Notes under the pieces: model-generated
The model's database searches: none
Seen by the model: only the letters and a program-made list of their open reading frames with translations
Told to the model about the DNA's origin: nothing
Made by a program: the position numbers and the translations under genes
Shown: positions 51,680 through 64,000 of the stretch, piece by piece
Layout of the letters: each line of letters opens with the position of its first letter
Numbering within the stretch: the first letter of the stretch is position 1
NCBI GenBank assembly: GCA_011109175.1
Contig: RDEW01000008.1
Span: 67,228 to 131,227 of the forward strand
From: Dicyema japonicum
Lineage: Eukaryota > Animalia > Dicyemida
DNA length: 64,000 bases
Direction: 5' to 3'

Positions 51680-52251
51680 TACTAAGAAGTCTATCTGTCT
51701 GGCTGTTCGGATTAATCTCTTTATACTTTGCCTACCTTTCTCGGAAACCCGAGAATTATAAATTTACTAGTTAATTGGCCCAAAACTCAAAGTAATTGCG
51801 TATTTTTTTGTCCATGTGTTCCTTTATGAGTCTACGACTACCAATCCTAGAAAGCTCCCTAGAATCCAACTGGCACTATAAATAAGCAATTTACACAAGA
51901 TCGCTACTTTTTCGATTAACAGTATGTTAGTAATCCGTACCTCTCTAACACGCAGAAGGCCAGCTTCCATCAAGCTTCCGGACTTACGGATCGGAGAATA
52001 TCCTCGTGGAAAAAATTTCTATATCTTTCATAGCAACTAAAAATCACTTATCCAACTGCAAGAGCTTCATCTCAAAATCCCTCTAGGAGGTATCGATTTA
52101 CTAATAATCTAACTTTAGATCTCCGATTTGAAATTTTCAATAATCTACATATGCTCTAATTTATAACCTCTTTTATAGATTGAAGAACCATTTTCTGTGG
52201 TAGAATCACTGTCTTTAAAAAATTGCTGAAATTACGGAGAGATATAATCAT

Positions 52252-52581
52252 GAGCCGGGTGGCTTAGTGGTTAGGTGTCGGGCTTAAGTGGCTTAGGCTA
52301 CGGGTTCGAATCTCGCTGCTGTTCACCTGGTGGAAGGTTCCACGCATCTACGATGCAGAAATGGTTTGACGAGTGACGCCGTCACCAGTGAATACTCACT
52401 GCGGAACTGGATTGTCTAGAAAGGACACTCACACAAGAAAAAGAAAAAAAGAAGTGAAAATCATTCCTTGGTTCTACGATTAGTTAAAATTAAACTGTTC
52501 TACTTAAATAAAGTGTGTGTCCTGCCTATGCGGAGCTATAAAATACTATGGCTCTCGTGAAAAGGCTTTATTATTATTATA
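52252..52581 (+). mobile_element. Full-length tRNA-derived SINE with 10-bp TSD
   Basis: A box TGGCTTAGTGG, B box GGTTCGAATC, hairpin core, (TTA)n tail; TSD ATATAATCAT at 52242-52251 and 52582-52591. Confidence 0.92.
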
Positions 52582-54329
52582 ATATAATCATTATGGCTTT
52601 CGTGAAAGTGCCTTAATAATAATAGTGGATCGCTTAAATAAAATAAACTACTGGGAGCTTCCAATTACAGTGTAAGATCCCATCATTTTACTTTAGAAGT
52701 AAATATATTTCATCATCTCAAATCTGTTCGAATAAGATAGAAATGTTTACTTGTGTTTACTTTTAGCTTTACAGATTTACTAATTTTGAGAAAGAATGTT
52801 ATAGCACGATTAAATCAGCTACCATTAATGTCAACATTGGATAAACCTCTGGCAGAGCCAAGGGGGCTTGTAATGCTAGATAACAAACGACACCGATTCC
52901 TAGACGACTTAAGAATCCGATTCGCTAGACGCTAAAATATTCCTGGACGATTCCCTAGGCGCAAAGAAGCCAGACGTCTCAACAACGAGTGGAACACAAA
53001 AAATCCTAGGCTAGAACCGCGTACTTTCCCTGTTTTAACCTCTTGACCTTTTCAGCAGCCGAACAGGGTCCAGAGAAATCTGGAGTAAATTTCAAAGAAC
53101 TATTAGGTAAATTAGTTCTTTTATTTTTAATACGTTTCAGATATTTCCTGGTAAAGCTATTTTTGTTGAAAAAAATAAATATTTAAATAGAAGCCAATAT
53201 GCGAACCAGACATTCAAGAAAATCCCGAAACTTGCAATAAAAGTGTTTTATTTCTATTATTAAAGATTGTGAGTTACGGATTAAAGTTGAGAGGAAATAT
53301 CTTCTCCGTATTATAAAATAATTAATAGAAAGATAGGAGTAAATCGATCAAAGTATTAATTAGTTTTAGTTTCCTTAGATAAAATTGATTGTTGATACAA
53401 CCCGATAAACAATAAATCCCTGGTCTTCATAAAAAATCGGACGTAGTCCTCGCTCGGAAGCCATGATGACCTCAAAACGCAATAGGTCATCCAGATATCA
53501 CAAATACGACCTTCACGCAAGTGAGCTTTCGCTTCTCTACGATTGTCAAGTAAAGATTATTCCACTGGTTATGGAGTTATCTCGAAATGCTTCAAAAACT
53601 ATATGGATGAGCTGTCTGTTGAAGGAGCAACGAGAACTTACATCCAGTCAGTTGTATTTAAAAGGCTCTCGAAAGCATGCTAATTGAACACAAACAGGAT
53701 TAAAGTTTCTGATGAAGAGTACACCTCTGCTACCTCTCAACGTGTAAAACTGGCATGCCGTGAGGACATCCCACAGGACTCTAACAGAGATATTTTGACT
53801 GACTCTGATGTGGAAATGAGAATACCATGGAGTTGATGGCACACTCTTCTTCTAAGAGAAGGAAAAGGATTACTAGCAATCTGGATTAAAATTTTATTAA
53901 TTAGATAATTTACTCGTTTTGCTTGTTAATCATTTGGTTTTCTTTTATTGAATTTTTAAGGATATATTTCAATTAAAAATGTTAAAAGGGGACTTATTTT
54001 AGGAAGATTGAATTGCCATGCTGTTTCCTTCAATAATAGCTATAGAGATACTCTCGAGCCACCCAGTCTCACGTAGATACTTGGTCACCCTTTTATGAAC
54101 TATCATCCGCTTTTGGGTCAACGTCTCAAGAGAAAATGGGACAAACAAGCGATCCTTCGAAACGCTTCGATACTTCCTCCTCTTTTGATGATTTTTTAAT
54201 TAATTTTATTTTTGACATTGAAGAATCGCGTCTACGGCTTGATCACGACAATGTTCTCCTAGTCTCGACGATGTAAAGAGAGCTGATGGACTTTTCAGTA
54301 ATGGTCTACAGGTGGTAAGACGGTCCATG

Positions 54330-55520
54330 TTTTGTTTCAATCGTGAAGTAGCATTCTGGATGTTCACATCGAGTGAAACTGTGACGATGTCGTCAGCATA
54401 AATGAGAAGGATGTTTGGTTTGTAGAGAAATCTCCCATAAATAGATTGAATAAAAAATGGAAACTATGAAAATCTTTGGAAACATCATTAAGAAGTTGAG
54501 AAATATATTTGGTGTCCGATGCAAACAAGATCCCCCGACCGCTATTGAGGATAGGAGTCATTCAAACTGAATTTGTCATTATCCTCGTCTAGTTTCGTTA
54601 AGAAGTAACCATTATTGATTACAATTTTCCTGGAGAAGCTTTTAGGCGGTTATTGAGAATCAAAAAAAACCAGGTTCACTGTCTCTATTATGGTTCGTAT
54701 GATCTTTATCTGGAATAATGAGATCGTCAGGGAAGGACAAAATGATTGAGTTTGGGGTAACTAAAAGACGAAGGGAGGTAAATGATTTTTTTGGGATTTC
54801 TTCTATTGCTGTAGGGTTTGATGATTTTCAGTTTTCTTTGTGATAAAAGTTCCGACTTCCTTTGTTCTTTGTGTGAAACGGATTCGATTTACTGTTGTAA
54901 ACACGATCCACTTCAACTTTTGGTTTCTGAGCTCTTTGGCCTTTATTTCATTATTCAATGCTCTGATCCGAAGTTTCATTTCTTAGGTGATCCGGTTAGA
55001 TTTTTTGAGATGATTTAGTTCTTTAATTTAATCACGAGAAAGGATAAGGAATATCGTCTAATTAAGTGATCCCGGTGTCCACACCAGTTCTTTTCCTGTA
55101 GTTAATTTTGGTTTGATATCCTGCCCGAGGAGATGATCAGGAGACTTTGCCATCTTGAGGAAGTCCCAGTTGCGTTTATCTTGAGGATGTATTCCATAAT
55201 TGTGGGAACGTTTAGTGTTCTCCGTAGTAACGAAGTGGACACCTTTTTCGACGATCTCATTAATATTCTGAGACATCGGTTTTGTAACACCTCCAGCTTG
55301 CTCCGAGCTGAGAGTGATAACGGGCCAATCCATGCAGCACAAACGTACTCGATACTCTGTGGAACAAATTATTTATATAGAAGCTCTAACGATTGGCGGG
55401 AAGATATTGGGGAGTGCATAAAAGCCTTGAGAATTCCATTTTTGGATTCTCGTGGTTACCAGGTCCACTTAATGAGTGAATGAAAGGAGAGGATCCAGTA
55501 TCTCAAAAAAATGAAATGGT
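54330..55520 (-). mobile_element. Jockey-like LINE 3' pieces (matching 3' piece at 60160-60380 +)
   Basis: LIYADDIV, LQNRCLRIL...LRRTLNVPTI; the 3' block GGACACCGGG.TCACTTAATTAGACGATA is shared with 60330. Confidence 0.75.
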
Positions 55521-55989
55521 CTTCTTAATGGGGTTCAGGGAATTATACAATTTTATTTCTGGCGTTGCCCGTATTTCTTTTTGTTATGAGGTAAACGTCG
55601 TTACATGTGACTTTCCAGGTGATATATTTAGCCGGTTCTTAAAGAACCAAACACCCACCAGGTTTAATGTCTCTTCCACGTGTCGTCTTCTCGACTCTTG
55701 GATATTTTACTGCAATCAGTTGGATTAATAAAAAAAATTTCTATTTTTATCCATTTTGATATTTACCAAAAACCTTATTGGAAACCCTGGAATTCATTGG
55801 GAATCTATAAAGAACCACTTAATATGTCGCGAGCGCTGAGCGTGATGACAGTGCCAACATCTGTCATGTTAATTGCAAATTAATCAATTCTTAAGTTTCG
55901 GAATAATTTGTGCATTTTTTTTAAATAAAATCATTATTTTTACTAATAGAAATTAATCTTAGGTAACGCACTAATCACGTTGTTCTGAT

Positions 55990-56820
55990 GCCTTAAAAAG
56001 TTACCACAAAAATACTGAAGAGTACAACATAATAAAATCCATCCTCGAAAGACACGAACTGAATATATTAGCTTCTCGGAAGTTCAAACTAAAAAAGAAA
56101 GCTGAAAACTTCGTTTTAATAAACAGAAAGCTCTATCTTCAAGATTCTTCAACTAATCATAGGCTTGTAATTGCCTCAACCAACACAGAGGAGATGCGGA
56201 TAATTGCAAAAGAGATCCATGACGCTAACATTGTGGACACAATGCATTAGAAGAATTGTATGGAAAACAATTTTGTTTTGTTAAAAGAAATGTCATTCGT
56301 CAGGTGCTAAGAAACTGCGATATATGCCAGTCTGCAGTGCCACTGAAACAATATGACGATGAGAGTCATATTTTTGCTGATGTACAAAATGAGAGATTTC
56401 AGGTTTATATGATTGATCGAAAAATGTATAAAATTATGTTATTTTCAAGGTTTGTAAATGATAATGATCAATTTTCTTGGTTGTTGACTGTCATTGACGT
56501 CTATTCGAGATATGTCATCACAAGGAATCTTAGAAATAAAAGTGGCAAAGTCGCTGAAAAATTAAACGACATTTTCATGGATTATGCAGATATTTACAGT
56601 CTGATAACGGGACAGAATTCAGAAATCTTCACATTTCTAATTTATGTGAAGAATTCGAAATTACTCAAATTCATGGAAGGCCAAACATTCCTCAGAGTCA
56701 GAAGATAGTTGAACGATTTAATTAGACGATCACAAGAAGTTTATCCAAATTGATGACTTCGGATGAAAAAAAGAGTGGATAAAACACATTAGAAAGGCGG
56801 TATTTTTGTACAATCAGAAA
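55990..56820 (+). mobile_element. Decayed Ginger/KRBA2-like integrase (H2C2 and rve domains)
   Basis: IH...H, NCDICQ, NERFQV..ID, LLTVIDVYSRY, GRP..PQSQ..VERFN; several frameshifts. Confidence 0.75.
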
Positions 56821-58799
56821 GCTCGTCATGTAAATTGCATTTTTTATTTTTTAGGCATTAGTCTATTCAAAAGATATCGTGGTATTCCTGGATTCCACAC
56901 AGTTGAGTAATCAGATGTTGAGAAAAATCCAAAAAGTTTTAAAATGGAAGAATTGGAAGTATTTTATTGAAGAAAGAAAATAAAGTAACGGTTATATAGA
57001 AACTGCCCTGCGTGGTTATTCCCTCTCAGGATAGCGAGCGAGATTCGCTCAAATAACCAGCAGCGCTCACGAGGGTCTCCTTTTCGTGTAGCGATCCGAT
57101 TCCCTAGACTAATCAAGAATTCCAGCGTCGCAGGCGCAAGGGAACCAGACGTCTCAACGGCGAGTGTACAAACAAAAAATCCTTGGACAGGAGCGCGTAC
57201 TTTTTTCCGTTCTCGGTTTTCTCAGGCACTCTGGAGTAGGTTGCAAGAAGCAAATGTGTCGGTGCAGGTTATAATTATTTTTAAATTTTAAGTTAAAAAC
57301 TCGATTTTTGGAACAACCTCGGTTTTAGCTTGGTGCTTAAAATCGAAGTCGGACTGTATAAAGTAAAATTCTTTATTCTTGGAAAACAGCAGTTACGAAA
57401 TTTTAGAGGTAGCTTCATAATTTTTTTGTTCAACCAAAACTGTTCTAATGTGAGATTATCATTTTTATGTAAACCTTTTGATGTCTCATCAATTTGAAAG
57501 TTTGGGTAAGTTAAAAACATTCCGTGTCTCCCTAGTTTGCATAACTAATCCAGGATCTACCTTTTGCTGGAAACATTACTACACATTTGAGTTATCTATT
57601 TTAAAATTACAAAACAAAAGCAAACTCACTTGTATGACAGTGTTTCATTACAAAACTAAACTTGTGGAAGTCACAGTTTTTTTCAGTTAGGAAAATGAAA
57701 TTTGGTTCAAAACTCAAAACCCATGCCAATTTTGAATCTGTACTCACATTCGCTTAATATGAGAGTCACCAGGAGTTATTGTTAAAAGAGTTCCAAGATT
57801 TAGTGATTTCTCATTATTTAATGACAATTTGCATTATTCTCGAAGATTAGACAATGTTCGGTTCTACATATCTGTGAACAGTTGTTTTCCTTTATTAAAT
57901 CAGCAACATCTCAGAGAACAAGGCTGACTGATGAACATTTGTCATTTCTGAACTGGGTAGGAACTGCAAATACAATAATGTCATAAAAATAGGCGCCAAA
58001 CCTCTGGAGCCGTTGAGTCGGCTTGCAAATTATTAAATACACTTCAATAAGATTACGGTGTTTTCAGATTTGTTATGTGGTACGCTTGTATTCACAAAAT
58101 ATCTTATGCGCCACCTTGAACTTTTTGAGTTTGACATGCTGCTTTAAAGAACTTTTTTTTAATTTTTTGGTTCCTTAGGACCAACTATGGAAGAATTTCA
58201 GATAGCGACCCGATTTAACAATTCAGTAAAGATTGTCTCTCTTCCTAAATGCTATCAAAACTAGGGTTAATATCTTACAGAACCATTCAATTGTTTTATA
58301 TTCAATCATATTTATTTTAATTAACCGATTCATTGTGTGACAACTAAATGTTACAGACATTCTTAACGGATTTATCACTAATGAACATTTCTTGGTCTAC
58401 CCTATTATAATTCCATCATCTATTACCATTGGGAAGATGATAAGAGTTATATTCAAAATAAATTACGAGGAATCCATACATAGTTTGCTCCTACAGTGTA
58501 CATCAAATTAATATCTTTAACAGAGATCTTTCTTATGTCTGGGTATAACATCAAAGATGTTCTGAAGATCTCGTCATTATATGTTAATCTTACAATTGAA
58601 TTACAAATAATATTAAAATATTTATGATTTTAAATAAAAAATAATTTATTATATTCGTTTCCAACCTTCCTGGAATTTTAAAAATTGTCTGAGAGACTTG
58701 ATCGACTGTTTTGTGATTTTATTTTTATAATAAAATTCATGATCAGTCATTGAAAGTTCAACTTGATTAGTCATTTTAACATCATCGAAGAGTTCTATG

Positions 58800-59930
58800 T
58801 TAAATACATATTCAAACCAATATTTTCTTCATTTTCACATTTAACTGAATTTTAACAAATAAATATTACTATTTCTATTTAGCATTAATGAGAAATAGTC
58901 TCCAAATGGAGACTTGCTTTGAATGGACAAAGTTAACTTTTGTAAGGCAACATCAACTGTCTCCTCCTTCTCAATCGAAATATTGTTAATTGATAATATT
59001 TGGTCTCCTTCTTTGGCCCTTCCATCCTGATATATAGAATAATAGTCACTTTCCATACTGCTCCCCCACGTAATATTGAGGAAATGTAGATTTTGGAAGA
59101 ATCATCATTAAGCTTTTTTAAACAAACTCCCAATCCTGCGGACTGTGTTTCAGAAAATGGAACAAGAAGTGTGATTCTGTCAGTAAATATCTAAATATTA
59201 TCAAAAAACACATTATTTTCTCGAAAACGACCAAATTTAAAATCAACAAATTCGCCAGTTTTAATTTCCTTTAGTAAATCGCATACTTGTCTTTTATTCA
59301 TTTCAAATACACTTTGTTCCCCAATCTAATAACATCAAGCCTACAACCATAAGTATTCTATCCCCCACTTTAAGTCCAGATTTTCGACAATTGTCGCTCA
59401 CAAATAACTTTACATATTTACTAAACCCACGTGGATAAGTTGGTTGTGATGATAATACAAAACCAAAGCCAAACTCGTCTGTATATTATACAATTGATAC
59501 ATTTTTGTAACTTTATGTCAACGACAGTCCATTTGTAATATTCAAAATCGTATTCCTCCCCCTTTATTGGATGTTTACAGATCAAGGTGGATCTGGAAAA
59601 TTCTAATCTAACAAGATCTGTCTCCATTTCTTCGATAAATGTTTGATAAGCACTTTATGTATACCATAAATTTACAATGTGGATGATTTCCCTGAAAGAC
59701 TGAAATTATTTATTTTGAGTATAATGTCTCCAAGCTTTAGTATTTGTGTGGAACCTAACTTTGATACTTGGAATCCTTGAAAGATACTGAAAGTAAACGA
59801 CAGAGATAACTTATTTTTGTTATAAAACGCCAAAACGGAGACTCCTACTAATTCCTGTTGAGTCATGACCACCTTAAAACTGGTAAAATTATAATATCAT
59901 AAATACACTTGCCTATCGTTGACACTGCTG
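58800..59930 (-). CDS. PARD3: PAR-3/Bazooka-like triple-PDZ protein (PDZ-encoding exons only)
   Basis: Three successive PDZ signatures: KLGDIILKINN, FGFGFVL...LKVGDRILMV, and VPFSETQSAGLGV...ISSILRGGAVWKDGR...DQILSIN, which resembles PAR-3 PDZ3. Introns of 22-23 nt; both gene ends unresolved. Confidence 0.65.
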
Positions 59931-62001
59931 GGCATTATCATTGGCTACGAATTTCGTGTTTAAATTTTATTGACACCTGTAATATTACGGCATTCGCATT
60001 ATAATGATTTTATTAATCACTAACAATTATTATAATGATCGGAGATTTAATATCAATAAATTTGAAATTCCATGGAAATTAATTTGTTTGGACATGATAG
60101 AACTTGTGTCTAATATTGTCCAATAGGCAAAACCAATCTTTTTAGTAAACTTCCCCCAATCATGGAATACATTACGGAACGCCACCGGGACTTCCAACGT
60201 CTCCTGACACCCCCTCGGGCCGGACATCATACTATACATGGATACCTGCCCGAGATACGAGAAGAAACCTTCCCCGTCGTCGAGATTAATGCGGGACTCC
60301 AAAACTAACCACAGGTAAAGGACTAATGTGGACACCGGGTTCACTTAATTAGACGATAAGTCTTATCTTCTTTCTCGTGATTTCGGGGTTAATATATTAA
60401 ATCTTAATTGTTTCTTAAAATAAATGACAGGTAATAGACATAAATGTGATTGACAGTGATAATTAAATCTAACCAAACACATAACAACCAAAAGAGTACA
60501 TTATATCAAAAACCAATTATTATATATACGACCCATACTTATAAGAGTGGGAATACTGGGGATGAGAGACCAAAGATAATAAAAGCAAACTCCTTTCAAT
60601 AAATAGTCGTTTATAAGAATATGTAAGAATATATCCAAATATCAGACAATCTATTAAAAGTTTTCTTTTAGATTATCTCCTAAATATGTCTGTGGTATGA
60701 CAAATAAAATCTAGTAATTGCACGTTTTACATGTTGCTTTTGTACGTTAAAACATTAATGACTATGATGTACTGATGAAAATTTTAAGAGATAGAGGAAT
60801 GAACTACGGGTTTACAAATCATCAAGAAAATTATCTAATAAATTAATTTTTTAATTATTATAAATATTTGCTTTAGGTTTTGTAATCTTTTATCACGTGT
60901 TTTTTACTGTTTAGCGATCCCTTGTCCTCGGTATCCATCTGACTGATTTAAAGAAGTAAATTTAACTCATTGATCGAAGCGAACTCCTCGAAGTATGAAG
61001 AAGTATATCTAAGGCCAGTATGGATATCTATCAATTACGGATAACGTCTTCCAGGGCCAACAGCCACAAAGAGATTTACGTGATGAAGTAAACAAGAGAA
61101 TTATGGTCGGGGATATTCGAGGAACGCTACGGACACAGTTCCACTTATGGAAGACGGACTATAAAAATCTCCCTAAGGCGCCCGCCGGTTCCATACTATC
61201 TACGCACAACAAAAATAAAGACAGACACTCCATGCTTGTCTGACAAATACAATTGGATATTTCTTATTTTCCAGGACCACGCTCAAACTATGTAAAGGAT
61301 CTTGTCTTTGTTGCTGTTGTTGATGCTTGGAGCATTTTACCAGCTTTAAAATTGTCACTGATCACATTTGATTTGTTAAAATTTTCTGAACTATTTTTGC
61401 AATCAAATTGCTTGCATTCGAAAAACCATTTGATCTGACCGATTGCTAAAGTAAGTGTATTTAGACGTCTATCTTCCTAAGTCTCTTCTAACGCAACCTG
61501 TGATCTCCTAAACCCCGAAAAATAATGATTCTGGGCGGATATGAGGACGCTATTCATTCGACAACAGTTTTATGACCAGAATACCAGACGCGATAAAAGC
61601 CAAAATGGTGAAACTGGACATCTGCAACACGACGATATTTTTTATCGAGGTTTCCATTGTCAGGATTCCAAAGATAAGCAGAATTATTAACCTCTCATAT
61701 GGTCGGCCGTGCACGCTGCTCCTTGACGAGCACATTCTCAACTTCAGAATCGGTGTTTGATAAGGACTATTAATCTTAAGGATCAATTCCTCTTACGCAA
61801 TCACCAAATCTAGACGACGCAACTATTAGATGAAACTAGAAAGCTGTGACGACCAAGGTCAGCTCTACCCTCTTTGTTTTCTTATACTCGGACTGAACTC
61901 AAATTCCTCAAATCCAAGATTATAAACGTGGCATGCTCGAAGGAAGACTTTTCACGAATTGCAGGAAGTACCTCGCCTGCGACACCATCAAACCTTACAA
62001 T

Positions 62002-62310
62002 AATAATAATAAAGCTTTTTCACTAGAGCCATAATATTTATAGCTCCGCATAGGCAAGACACACACTTTATTTAAGTAAAGAACAGTTAATTTTAACTAA
62101 TTGTAGAACCAAGGAATGATCTTCACTTCTTTTTTTCTTTTTCTTGTGTGAGTGTCCTTTCTAGACAATCCAGTTCCGCAGTGAGTATCCACTGATGACG
62201 GCGTCACTCGTCAAACCCTTTCTGCATCGTAGATGCGTGGAACCTTCCACCAGGTGAAACCCGTAGCCTAAGCCACTTAAGCCCGACAACTAACCACTAT
62301 GCCACCCGGC
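62002..62310 (-). mobile_element. tRNA-derived SINE with 12-bp TSD and a deleted B box
   Basis: Near-identical to the 52252 copy except for a deletion of about 16 bp that removes most of the B box; TSD AAACCTTACAAT at 61990-62001 and 62314-62325. Confidence 0.92.
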
Positions 62311-62619
62311 TAAAAACCTTACAATGACATCAAAAAAAACTGAGGCGCTAAAATATGCGACCTTAAAAGAACAATTCGTCATCAATCCCATAATAGCAAA
62401 ACCTCGGATCATAGGACCAAAATTATTTACTCTTTTACGTGCCATCAAATCTTTGACAGCAAAAAGGACAGTCGGTAAGAAGGATAGCTGATTTATCTAA
62501 TTTCCATACAAATTATTGGAGAGAATGCGGTCTCAAACAAGAAGCTTGACTTAAATACATATTTTTTTGTTTCTTAATAAAATTTATTAATTTACTGAGA
62601 GGAGATTATCCACTCTATA

Positions 62620-64000
62620 TTGTTGTCAAGGAGATCCTGCTTTGAATAAAAACCTGGCTACTCTCTCGCAGTCTTGACGTCTACATACTTACACTATAGA
62701 TACCTAATTGACTTCCCTCTGGCTAGGTCTGGGAAGAATCACATTCCGAAAGACAAAGAGCATGGCATCAACATCCAACTTTAGTCTTCTAGTGCAGAAC
62801 AGTGCTTGCACAGCCTTTTCCTTTGCTCTTCGATGTCCTTCAGGTATGATCCTCAACCATCTACTGCAATCCCCAGGTATTTCAGGGATGAAACTCTCGG
62901 TGTACGAAGAGTGTAGGGCTCTTTCTGATGCCTACCCGGCCTGCTATCCTCAAGTAACTGGATTTTTCCGTGGAGAGTTTCATGCCTCTCCGATTGCACC
63001 AACCCTGAACTTTGTCGATAAAAGCTCCTAGTCGCCGCTCTGAGAGGTATGCCTTCAGAGACGAATCCAGGATTAAAGATGTCATCCGCGTATATCATCA
63101 GCTTGGTCCTGACGTCTTGCGGTGACGGAAAATCTTCCATAAATACGTTGAATAACAGGGGGCTTAGAATAGATCCCTGTGGCACTCCCCTTTTAAACGA
63201 TATACCATCAGAATATCTTCCACCGACTACCACGTGAGATATCCTCCCAGTCAAATAGTCTTTCAACCATAGGAACATTTGTTTAGATATCTTTGATCGT
63301 ACAAGTTGACAAAATAAGGCTTTGTGCCATGCACTGTCGAACGCCTTTGAGATGTCAAGGCAAACAAGGCTCAACTGCTTTTCTTCTCAAATGTATTTGT
63401 AATTTCGTAGTTTAGTGAGTATACAGACGGAAATCCATTGGTAAGGTCGTAGAAAGTTACTTTCTTCTATAAACCGATTCAATCTCTTGAATACAATCCG
63501 TACCATAATCTTTGATGTAGAACATAAAAGGCTTATTGGCCTATAACTGAGAGGATCCTTCCTCGACTTTCCAGGTTTGAGGATCATCTTCACAATAGAA
63601 CGCTTCCATAACGGAGAAACATGTCTGAGCATAAAACTCGAGTTATACATCTTTTGTAGAACAAATAGTAGTTCATCAGACCCTTCTTTAAACATAATCA
63701 TGGGAATGCTATCGAATCCAGGAGCCTTGTTTTTGCACTCGCGTATAGCAGTTCTGACTTCTGCCAGAGTGATTTCCTTTACCAAACTTTCCAGATCGCC
63801 CATAGAGTATTCCATAGAATTAGATATCTCCTGAAAATTTTCAGGTATAATACTAACAGGGTCAACTCTTTGTATATTTCCAGTTGTTTTCTGAATACCG
63901 AAAGTACTCTTTCCAAGGAAATTGTCCTTCCCTCTTGATAGGCCAGCACAATATTTTTTGCCTTTAAATTTCCATCAGTAAGCCTTCTGTACATTTTCCA
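62620..64000 (-). mobile_element. Jockey/I-like LINE RT region (runs off the window end)
   Basis: KAPGFDSI, SYRPISLL, LDISKAFDSAWH, GVPQGSILSPLLFN, IYADD. Confidence 0.9.

Noticed and set aside
55480-55491. ATGAAAGGAGAG resembling U6atac
   Set aside because: Lies inside a LINE fragment and the match does not extend.
55988-55997. ATGCCTTAAA, identical to the U12 snRNA 5' end as I recall it
   Set aside because: Only 10 nt match and the following branch-point recognition sequence is absent.
60030-60344. 104-aa minus-strand ORF as the PAR-3 N-terminus
   Set aside because: Mostly antisense to a LINE 3' fragment shared with 55040-55210; no CR1 similarity.
62192-62216. Hammerhead-like CTGATGA plus stem on the antisense strand of the SINE core
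   Set aside because: The stem is followed by CAAA, not the required GAAA, and I saw no stem I/III pairing.
1-64000. CRISPR arrays, rRNA genes, or prokaryotic operons and defence systems
   Set aside because: No regularly spaced repeats or rRNA signatures; the window is spliceosomal-intron-bearing eukaryotic DNA.

Overview
Eukaryotic, AT-rich, repeat-dense window from an animal-type genome (PAR-3, SUN, RHBDL-type rhomboid and ZER1-like genes). Its spliceosomal introns are ultra-short (about 21-27 nt), as known for dicyemid mesozoans; other reduced parasites such as myxozoans are not excluded, and the taxon cannot be fixed from this window. Recognisable host genes: SUN-domain protein, mitochondrial ribosome recycling factor, a C2H2 zinc finger, a ZER1/ZYG-11-like LRR gene, MRTO4, RBM48, an EF-hand rhomboid and a PAR-3-like multi-PDZ gene. 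Most carry 1-nt indels, mainly in homopolymers, which suggests an under-polished long-read consensus and limits what can be concluded. The rest is mostly transposon material: CRE-type RLE retrotransposons, RTE and Jockey-like LINEs, LTR remnants, pogo, Tc1 and hAT elements, a Ginger/KRBA2-like integrase, and a tRNA-derived SINE with a hairpin-rich core and clean target-site duplications. Best leads: the minor-spliceosome factor RBM48 in a micro-intron genome, several micro-introns that only give an intact frame with non-AG (GG/TG) acceptors, the SINE family, and a CRE element with a PHD-like finger. All family assignments come from by-eye motif recognition and remembered sequences; no database search was run.
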